From Patescibacteria group bacterium (GTDB taxonomy: Bacteria > Patescibacteriota > Minisyncoccia > Phycocordibacterales > UBA9973): DNA of 64,000 nucleotides. Within the stretch, counting starts at the first letter, position 1. Every line of letters begins with the position of its first letter. The stretch covers positions 6,673 through 70,672 of the forward strand of contig JAGWLB010000001.1 of NCBI GenBank assembly GCA_028865035.1, given 5' to 3'. The notes under the pieces are model-generated. The model was not told the DNA's origin, searched no databases, and was given only the letters and a program-made list of their open reading frames with translations. Of this stretch, positions 38,682 to 46,317 are shown piece after piece. The position numbers and the translations under genes were made by a program.

Positions 38682-39977
38682 ATGAAAAAAACTTTATCTA
38701 TCTTTATATTAATAACTACATTGCTTTCATTTAGTAGTAAGGTTTCAGCTGATAACTCTATCACTTTGTATGTTTCTCAAAGTGATTCAACTGCTACAAT
38801 TACAGCTAAATATTTAGGCGCAGATAACTGTAGTGGAGATATTCTTGTTACCGACAACAAAAATCCGCCAATTTATAGTAAACTTTCTCCTATTTCATTT
38901 ACTGCTGGTACCCAATCTGCTACAGTTGAATTAACAGGTCTTACTAAAGGAGAAACATATAACGCTATGGCTAATTGTTCAGGTTCATTAGCAAAAGCCA
39001 CGTCTCAAGTATCTACTTTTACTTTCGGCTCTATATCACCTGATAACAACGCTCCATACGACGTAAGCCCACAAAAATATGACAATTCTGTTGATACTTA
39101 TAATCTTTTAGCTCCTATAGGTGGTTTAAAAAGTATCACAACAAATGGTGGGACTTGCCCAATAGACCCTAAAATGGCAGGTGGTATTGGTTGTTATCTT
39201 AATATTATTTTCAAAATTGGTATTGGTCTTGCTGGAGCGTTATCTGTCATAATGATTGTTATAGGTGGTGTGCAATATATGGGTAATGAATCAATTTTTG
39301 GTAAAAATGAGGCAAAAAGTAAAATAATGTCAGCAATTTTAGGCCTCCTTATAGCTCTTGGTGCTTTTGCCCTCTTAAATACTATTAATCCTGATCTGAC
39401 GGGGGCGAAAGGGGTACAAATAGATCAGGTCAGCGCAGAGATAGATGAAGCACCAATACTATCAGATGCAAATACTTCAGTGCCGTCGGGAACAACAAAC
39501 AGTTTTGCGGATTGCCCAGGTGGAGTAAGAAAAGTAGGTACTACTGGTGGAAATTTTATATTCTGCTCAGCTTATGCAAGTAAATTACAACAAATGTTTT
39601 CAGATGCATATCATGCTAATCCTAGTATATTTTTATCTGGAGGAGGATTTAGGACTCATGATTCACAAATAGCATTGAGAAATAAAAATTGTCCCGATCC
39701 AAAGTTAACAGTTCCTTCATCGTCTTGCCATCCACCAACAGCAAGACCAGGAACGTCAAATCATGAACAAGGTCTTGCTGTTGATTTGACTTGTGATGGT
39801 GAATTAATAAATTGGCAAACAAACAAAAGTGCTCATGATTACCAACCTAAATTTCCGATTAATCAAAAAACAAAAAAGTGTTTTGACTGGTTAGCGTCTA
39901 ATGCTGGTAATTATGGATTTAAAAATTTATCATCAGAAAATTGGCATTGGTCAACAGGTCCTAATGCTGGTAGATAA
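38682..39977 (+). CDS. T4SS pilin-like TM hairpin fused to an M15 (VanY-like D,D-peptidase) domain
   Basis: Signal peptide; IGLAGALSVIMIVIGGVQYM...AKSKI..AILGL....LLNTINP; C-terminal GFRTHDSQ, PGTSNHEQGLAVD, ENWHW. Confidence 0.8.
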   Translation: MKKTLSIFILITTLLSFSSKVSADNSITLYVSQSDSTATITAKYLGADNCSGDILVTDNKNPPIYSKLSPISFTAGTQSATVELTGLTKGETYNAMANCSGSLAKATSQVSTFTFGSISPDNNAPYDVSPQKYDNSVDTYNLLAPIGGLKSITTNGGTCPIDPKMAGGIGCYLNIIFKIGIGLAGALSVIMIVIGGVQYMGNESIFGKNEAKSKIMSAILGLLIALGAFALLNTINPDLTGAKGVQIDQVSAEIDEAPILSDANTSVPSGTTNSFADCPGGVRKVGTTGGNFIFCSAYASKLQQMFSDAYHANPSIFLSGGGFRTHDSQIALRNKNCPDPKLTVPSSSCHPPTARPGTSNHEQGLAVDLTCDGELINWQTNKSAHDYQPKFPINQKTKKCFDWLASNAGNYGFKNLSSENWHWSTGPNAGR

Positions 39978-39982
39978 TATTT

Positions 39983-41302
39983 ATGCCTAAAAAAACAAAA
40001 ATCATTTTCATAATTGTATTTATACTAGTTGGATCTATTATGCTTGGTTTTTATTTCTATGTTAGTAAAAAAAATACATCTGGTACAAACAGTGGCTCAA
40101 ATAATGCATACCAACCTTTCTTAGGAGGGAACACAACACCACAAGGAGGAAATGGTAATAGTACTAGTAGTAATAATACGAGTGGTACGCAAACAAATAC
40201 CCCTATCGATAGCCAGGTTGCTCCACAAGCTTCTAAATTCCATCAGATAACAAATATATCAGTTGCAGGGGCGGCTTACTTGGAGGACACTCGTAAAGTG
40301 CAGACAACAGGGGTCGCTTTACCTGGTGGTTTAACCCAACCAACAAGTACCACGAAAACAACAACTAAAGTAGCAGCACCGAGAGTCGAAACTGTTCCTT
40401 CTGTAAGATATGTTGAGCGTGCTACTGGATACATAGATGAAATGTATTTAGATACAAAAGTTTCAGGAGAAATATCGAACTCTACAATACCTAGTATATA
40501 TAGAGCATTTTTTGGTAATGATGCAAATAGTGTTATTTATCAGTATCTTTCACCGGACACGGGTGATACAATAAACAGCTTTATGGCAACCCTTGGTGGT
40601 AGCAAAGGAGAATTTCTTCCATCTAATGTTATAAACATTAGTCTTTCTCCTGATAAAAGTAAGTTTTTTTATCTTGTAAAAACTTCAAGTGGTGTGAATG
40701 GTATAGTGAGGTCATTTGGTGATACTAAAGCTTCACAAGTTTTCAGTTCTCGTTATAGTGAATGGCTATCTCAGTGGGTAACAAAAGATAAAGTATTTTT
40801 AACAACAAAAGCTTCGTCTGCTGTAGATGGTAGTGTATTTAGTTTGAATATTATAAGCGGTATATCGACTAAAATATTTGGTAGTGTGAAAGGTTTAACA
40901 ACTTTAGCAAACAATGACGGATCTCTTATTTTGTATAGTACTTCAGATTCGTCAGTTCCTCAATTAAAAATATTCAACACAAAAAACCGTACGACCTTTG
41001 ATTTAAATACACCAGGATTAGCAGAGAAATGTATTTGGAGTGCAGATAATATAAACATTTATTGTGCTATACCAAGTAATATAATAGGTGGAGACTATCC
41101 GGATTCTTGGTATCAAGGATTAGTATCTTTTAATGATCGTTTTGCAAAAATAAACTCAATCACTGGTGATCAGATAGATATTGCAGATTCTACAAATGAA
41201 ATAGCTGTAGATGCTACTAAATTATTCTTAAACAAAGATGAGAGTCAGCTATTTTTCATAAACAAAAAGGACTCCACGCTATGGAGTCTAGACTTGAACT
41301 AA
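39983..41302 (+). CDS. Membrane-anchored beta-propeller-like protein
   Basis: N-terminal TM, Ser/Thr/Asn linker, LSPDKSK and WSAD blade-like repeats. Confidence 0.7.
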   Translation: MPKKTKIIFIIVFILVGSIMLGFYFYVSKKNTSGTNSGSNNAYQPFLGGNTTPQGGNGNSTSSNNTSGTQTNTPIDSQVAPQASKFHQITNISVAGAAYLEDTRKVQTTGVALPGGLTQPTSTTKTTTKVAAPRVETVPSVRYVERATGYIDEMYLDTKVSGEISNSTIPSIYRAFFGNDANSVIYQYLSPDTGDTINSFMATLGGSKGEFLPSNVINISLSPDKSKFFYLVKTSSGVNGIVRSFGDTKASQVFSSRYSEWLSQWVTKDKVFLTTKASSAVDGSVFSLNIISGISTKIFGSVKGLTTLANNDGSLILYSTSDSSVPQLKIFNTKNRTTFDLNTPGLAEKCIWSADNINIYCAIPSNIIGGDYPDSWYQGLVSFNDRFAKINSITGDQIDIADSTNEIAVDATKLFLNKDESQLFFINKKDSTLWSLDLN

Positions 41303-41303
41303 A

Positions 41304-41762
41304 CTATTCTGCTATATATTTTATAACAACCCTCCTGTTTTGTCCGTATCCTTCGGATTCTGTTTTAATATCTGGAGCGTTTTCTAAGAACATATGTACA
41401 ATGCGTCGTTCGTAGGCTGGCATAGGGTCTATCTCTATATTACTCTTGAAGTAACGAGCTCTCTCAGCCATCATATGTGCGATGGTTTTTAAATTATTAA
41501 AGCGCTTTTTTTGATAACCATTCACATCAATAAAAATATTTTTAGTTTCTTCTTCGGCTGTATCTTTTTCAATCATTTTGTGGACTAGGTGGTTTAGGGA
41601 ACGCAATGTTTCACCGTCGCGTCCAATAATAAACCTAGAATCGGGTGTATCTATCATACACCAAAGATAATTACCGTCTGAAGAAAATTCGCATTTTGAA
41701 ATAGTGCAGTTAAGATGTTTGAAAATATCTTCTATTATTTTTTTTATTTGGTCTTCTTTCAT
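41304..41762 (-). CDS. jag: Jag/EloR/KhpB RNA-binding protein (KH + R3H), no Jag_N domain
   Basis: IIGRDGETL (KH), ERRIVH (R3H); downstream of yidC. Confidence 0.88.
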   Translation of the reverse strand: MKEDQIKKIIEDIFKHLNCTISKCEFSSDGNYLWCMIDTPDSRFIIGRDGETLRSLNHLVHKMIEKDTAEEETKNIFIDVNGYQKKRFNNLKTIAHMMAERARYFKSNIEIDPMPAYERRIVHMFLENAPDIKTESEGYGQNRRVVIKYIAE

Positions 41763-41767
41763 AATTT

Positions 41768-42508
41768 TTATATAACATTGTCTTTCAAGGCTTTTCTAAC
41801 ATACCACTCTTGGATTATAGTAAAAACGTTACTTGTGATCCAGTATAATGCGACAGCTGCTGATATTTTATAAGCTATGAATACTATAAATATGGGTAAT
41901 ATGTATTTTACATTCATTTGCATACTATCAGAAAGCTGATCTTGGAAATTTTTAGTATTATTTTCTGGCATTTCTTTCACTACTTCTACTTTCGGCTTGA
42001 TTGGTGAAGCTAAGTATCCTTGAATAAATTGTGAAATACCAGCTAATACCGCAAGTACTATACTTTTGCTATGAACTTCTATTAGTCCTAAGAAATTAGT
42101 GTGAAGGTAAGCTGGTGCTTTTATAAAAGAATATAGTGGCCCTGTGTCTAAAGATAATCCTTTATAGAAAACATAATAAAGAGCAAAAATAAAAGGAAGT
42201 TGTAGTAACACAACTAAACAACCAGAAAAAGGATTGACCCCGTATTTTTTATACAATTCGAAAGTTTTCTTTGCTTGTTCTTCTTTGTTTGGAATTTCTT
42301 TCTTAATACGCTTAAGCTCAGGCTCAACACGCTTCATAAGAATCTGGCTTTTAATAGATTTCTTAGTTAGAGGGAACAGGGCTAGTTTAACAATGATAGT
42401 TAAAAGAATAATACCGAAACCAACGTCACCAAAAGTTATAGTTTTTATTAATAAGATGAGCGCGTTGTAAATTGGTTGATAGAAAATTGTGTTCCAAATT
42501 GCATACAT
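41768..42508 (-). CDS. yidC: Membrane protein insertase YidC (short form)
   Basis: LYKKYGVNPFSGCL..LLQLP, ALYWITSN; start ATG 42508. Confidence 0.94.
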   Translation of the reverse strand: MYAIWNTIFYQPIYNALILLIKTITFGDVGFGIILLTIIVKLALFPLTKKSIKSQILMKRVEPELKRIKKEIPNKEEQAKKTFELYKKYGVNPFSGCLVVLLQLPFIFALYYVFYKGLSLDTGPLYSFIKAPAYLHTNFLGLIEVHSKSIVLAVLAGISQFIQGYLASPIKPKVEVVKEMPENNTKNFQDQLSDSMQMNVKYILPIFIVFIAYKISAAVALYWITSNVFTIIQEWYVRKALKDNVI

Positions 42509-42574
42509 TGGTCTATTGTAGCTCAAAAAGACTTAAAACCAAAATTCTATTAATATACTTAATATTTTTATTGA

Positions 42575-42781
42575 TTAACGAAGGGGGTCGTAATGATTTT
42601 TCTGCCAAGGGTGGCATCTAGTTATCCTTATAAAACCAAGATAGACACCTTTAGCTGGGCCATATTTAGTAATAGCTTCTTTGGTATATTCTGAACAGGT
42701 AGGAATAAAAACACAAGATGAATGTGATCTTAGTGGCGTCTTCTGATATGTATTTATAAGCCAAATTAATATTTTACCCAT
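42575..42781 (-). CDS. yidD: Membrane protein insertion efficiency factor
   Basis: CVFIPTCSEY...KYG...RITRCHP. Confidence 0.92.
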   Translation of the reverse strand: MGKILIWLINTYQKTPLRSHSSCVFIPTCSEYTKEAITKYGPAKGVYLGFIRITRCHPWQKNHYDPLR

Positions 42782-42787
42782 ATATTA

Positions 42788-43117
42788 TTAGCTAATTTTG
42801 CTTAATATTGTCTTTGTTGAATCTTTTATTTCCTTAAAACTAGCTTTTCCAGACCCTTTTTTATAGAAAAATATACCCATAACACAAGGTAGTTGTTTGT
42901 ATTGTTTTAAAGCGTTGTAGCCTTGGCGTCTTAGTTTATTCCTTAAAACTGCTTGTTTTGCAACGGTTTTTGGGGCAACAAATGCGTATTTTGGAGAATA
43001 TTCCTTGTTATTTATGGTTAAATAACGAAAAATAAAGAGCGGACTTGAGAGAATCTTCCCGTTTTTCATAATACTAAGGAATGTCTCTTTTGTAATCCGC
43101 TCTTTTTTAGGAAGCAT
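42788..43117 (-). CDS. rnpA: Ribonuclease P protein component
   Basis: KQAVLRNKLRR (RNR motif); synteny with rpmH and yidD; start ATG 43117. Confidence 0.88.
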   Translation of the reverse strand: MLPKKERITKETFLSIMKNGKILSSPLFIFRYLTINNKEYSPKYAFVAPKTVAKQAVLRNKLRRQGYNALKQYKQLPCVMGIFFYKKGSGKASFKEIKDSTKTILSKIS

Positions 43118-43121
43118 ATCG

Positions 43122-43262
43122 CTATTTCTTAATAGAAACATTTGCTCGTCCTTTACGTCTACGAGCTTGTGTTACCTTTTTACCACCTGGTGATTTTGTT
43201 CTAACTAAGAAGCCGTGTGTTTTGGCCCTCTTTCTTCTGTTGGGTTGATATGTTTGAGACAT
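43122..43262 (-). CDS. rpmH: 50S ribosomal protein L34
   Basis: [21 protein letters not shown]...RRRKGR; true start ATG 43262. Confidence 0.95.
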   Translation of the reverse strand: MSQTYQPNRRKRAKTHGFLVRTKSPGGKKVTQARRRKGRANVSIKK

Positions 43263-43393
43263 ATGAAAAATATATACTATAATTCTGTATAATGCAATGT
43301 TTATAATACCATAAACATATCCACACATTATTAACAGGTTAATTAAGGTATGTGATTATTTGTGTGTTTTGAAAAAGTAGTATAATACGCACT

Positions 43394-44746
43394 ATGGATA
43401 TTAAAGAGCTTTGGGTTAATTGCTTATCAGAAATTGAGTTAGGTATATCGAAAGCCAACTTTACTACTTGGTTTAAAAATACTTCAATTATTAAAGAAGA
43501 TGCTGGGACGCTTTATATTGGTGTTCCTAATGAGTTTGTAAGGGATTGGTTATATAACAAATTCAACAAACTTATCTTAAAAACCCTTATTAGTCATGAG
43601 GAAAGTATTCGAAGTGTAGAATATGTAATACAAAAACATGAAAATGTTAATAAAAACAATGACAGTGAAGTAATCAAACAAATAACTAATATTAATAAAG
43701 AATTACCTTTAAATGATCTTTATATAAATAGGGACGATAATTTAAATCCTAAATATAACTTTAATTCTTTTGTTGTTGGACCTTTTAATGAGTTAGCTTA
43801 TGCTGTTGCTCAGGCTATTATTACAAACCCTGGTAAAAACTATAATCCGTTTTTTGTTTACGGTGGTACTGGCTTAGGGAAAACACATATGATCCAAGCA
43901 ATAGGTAATATTATTAAAACAAACTATCCTAACAAAAAGGTTTATTATGTTAGTCTTGAGAGATTTGCTATTGATTATATAAATTCTATTCAAAATAAAA
44001 ATCCTAATTCTTTTAAAGAAAAATATAGAAAATATGATGTAATTATTATGGATGATATTCAATTTATTTCTGGTAAAGATAAAACTCAGGAAGAATTATT
44101 CCATTTATTTAATACTTTATACGAAAACAATAAACAGATTATATTCTCCTCCGACAAACACCCAAACTTCATTCAAGGTTTAGAAGATAGATTGCAATCT
44201 AGATTTGCTTCTGGGATGACAGTACAGATAGTTGAACCTGATTACGAATCACGTGTCGCTATTATAAAGGCTAAATTCGAACAAACAAACTGTATTGTAA
44301 GCGATGATGTGGTTTCTTATTTAGCTTCTGCTTTAGAAGGTAATATACGAGAACTTGAAGGTAGTTTAAACACTATAATTTGCCAATCTCAACTTAAAAA
44401 CAAGTCTTTGGGTTTGGTTGAAGTAAAAACACTTATAAAAAACAACATCAAACCCAAGAAAAATGTTGCTATTAAAGATATTGTTAAAATAATTGCTGAC
44501 CAATACGGTATTTCTGAGGAAATAATATACGAAAAAACTAGAAGAAAAGAAATCGTACGAGCTCGCCAAGTAGCTATGTATATTCTGCGTGAAGATTTTA
44601 ATATATCTTATCCTTTAATCGGTCAGAAACTCGGGGGGAGAGACCACACAACAGTTATTCACTCACATTTAAAAATAAAAGATGATTTAAAAACAGACCC
44701 GTCGTTATTACAAGAGATAGAAAAAATAAGAATTATGTTTAAGTAA
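43394..44746 (+). CDS. dnaA: Chromosomal replication initiator DnaA
   Basis: YNPFFVYGGTGLGKTH, MDDIQF, NIRELEG, GGRDHTTVIH. Confidence 0.98.
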   Translation: MDIKELWVNCLSEIELGISKANFTTWFKNTSIIKEDAGTLYIGVPNEFVRDWLYNKFNKLILKTLISHEESIRSVEYVIQKHENVNKNNDSEVIKQITNINKELPLNDLYINRDDNLNPKYNFNSFVVGPFNELAYAVAQAIITNPGKNYNPFFVYGGTGLGKTHMIQAIGNIIKTNYPNKKVYYVSLERFAIDYINSIQNKNPNSFKEKYRKYDVIIMDDIQFISGKDKTQEELFHLFNTLYENNKQIIFSSDKHPNFIQGLEDRLQSRFASGMTVQIVEPDYESRVAIIKAKFEQTNCIVSDDVVSYLASALEGNIRELEGSLNTIICQSQLKNKSLGLVEVKTLIKNNIKPKKNVAIKDIVKIIADQYGISEEIIYEKTRRKEIVRARQVAMYILREDFNISYPLIGQKLGGRDHTTVIHSHLKIKDDLKTDPSLLQEIEKIRIMFK

Positions 44747-44954
44747 AAAGTTGTGGATAAGGTGTGTTTATAGAAATACAAAATTGTGGAAAACTTTCAG
44801 AAAAATAAAATTTATAAATTAATTAACATATTATAAATAATTTTATTTTTCAAAAAACAAAATAGTATATATTTTATATATATAAAAAAGTAATCCACAT
44901 ATCCACAGTGCTAATAGTAGTAATAGTTTATTAATAGATAGTTATAAAAATAAT
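44747..44954. other. oriC: oriC unwinding region: DnaA boxes, AT-rich tract, DnaA-trios
   Basis: TGTGGATAA 44752, TGTGGAAAA 44785, overlapping TAATCCACA/ATATCCACA 44891-44907, then TAA TAG TAG TAA TAG 44912-44926. Confidence 0.8.
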
Positions 44955-46052
44955 ATGAAACTCGAATGCTCAATAAATAAAATAAAAAATTCACTAATCA
45001 CTGTAGATAGGATCACTGGTAAGAATTTAACACTACCTGTCTTGAATTCTATTCTATGGGTTGCAAGTGGTAAAGTTCTTAAATTAAGATCAACAAACTT
45101 AAATATTGGTATCGAAGTAAGTATTCCAGCTAAAATAGAAAAAGAAGGAGTTGTTGCTATACGTGGAGATATATTATCATCATTATTTTCAGTACTTTCT
45201 GGAGATGGAGAAATTACTTTCGAACTAATAGATAATAATTTATCAGTAAAAACAAAATCTAATAGTATTCTACTTAAAAGCACTCCACACGAAGATTTTC
45301 CTACAATCCCTGTTGTATCTGGAGAAAACCTTACTGTACCAGCCAAAAAGTTTATAAACGGTATTAAGTCTGTATATTACAGTGCTGCTATTTCAGAAAT
45401 CAAACCAGAAATAGGTAGTGTTTATATATACCCCGAGAATGACCTACTTGTTTTTGTGTCTACAGATTCATTTCGATTAGCTGAGAAAAAAATAAAAATT
45501 AAACAAAACCTGTCTTTTGATGGTATTTTAATACCGTTTAAAAATGCTACGGAAATAATTAAAGTTTTTGATTCCCTTGATGAAGATATAAAAATTACCT
45601 TACAAAAAAACCAAATATCATTCCTAACAAAAGACATATATCTTACTTCTAGGGTTGTTGATGGTAATTTTCCTGACTACAAGCAAATCATTCCTAAAAC
45701 TTCTACAACCGAAGCAGTTGTTCTAAAACAAGATTTTATTTCATCTTTAAAAATATCAAATATTTTTTCTGATAAATTTAACCAAATAACTTTAAACATA
45801 AAACCACACGAAAAGGTTTTTGAAATTAATTCTAAAAACATAGACGTAGGTGAAAATACTACTAATATACCTGGAGCACTATCAGGGGAAGCTGTGTCAG
45901 CTAATTTTAACTATAAATATATATTAGACTGTTTTCAGTCTATAGACTCAGACAGTCTTAATCTACAATTAAACGACAATAACAAACCAATGATTATACA
46001 CCCCGTAGGTGACCCTTCCTTTATGTATTTAGTGATGCCTATGAATAAGTAA
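44955..46052 (+). CDS. dnaN: DNA polymerase III beta sliding clamp
   Basis: STNL, EDFP, STDSFRLA, SRVVDGNFPDY, YLVMPM; follows dnaA. Confidence 0.96.
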   Translation: MKLECSINKIKNSLITVDRITGKNLTLPVLNSILWVASGKVLKLRSTNLNIGIEVSIPAKIEKEGVVAIRGDILSSLFSVLSGDGEITFELIDNNLSVKTKSNSILLKSTPHEDFPTIPVVSGENLTVPAKKFINGIKSVYYSAAISEIKPEIGSVYIYPENDLLVFVSTDSFRLAEKKIKIKQNLSFDGILIPFKNATEIIKVFDSLDEDIKITLQKNQISFLTKDIYLTSRVVDGNFPDYKQIIPKTSTTEAVVLKQDFISSLKISNIFSDKFNQITLNIKPHEKVFEINSKNIDVGENTTNIPGALSGEAVSANFNYKYILDCFQSIDSDSLNLQLNDNNKPMIIHPVGDPSFMYLVMPMNK

Positions 46053-46053
46053 T

Positions 46054-46317
46054 ATGGATTATAATCACATATCAAATTTTTTAGATAAATTTAAAAAAAC
46101 ACTTTTTAAAAACGAAGAATATAATAATATTATTTCTACAACAATAACTCACCACATATCATTATCTATTGATCCAAGAACAATAAAAACAAAAGGAACC
46201 ATTATTTATATTAAAGGTTCCCCAATTTTAAAAAGCGAGATTTTGATACACAAAAATAATATAATCAATGATCTCTCTAAGATTATATTAGATAGAAAAT
46301 TTACAGATATTCGTTAG
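46054..46317 (+). CDS. Small protein, possibly DciA/DUF721-like
   Basis: GTIIYIKGSPILKSEILIHKNNIINDL resembles the DciA KH-like core; translationally coupled to dnaN. Confidence 0.55.
   Translation: MDYNHISNFLDKFKKTLFKNEEYNNIISTTITHHISLSIDPRTIKTKGTIIYIKGSPILKSEILIHKNNIINDLSKIILDRKFTDIR

Noticed and set aside
44815-44850. dif-like site (aattaacata resembling a XerD arm)
   Set aside because: No matching XerC arm; it lies in the AT-rich oriC tract where such matches arise by chance
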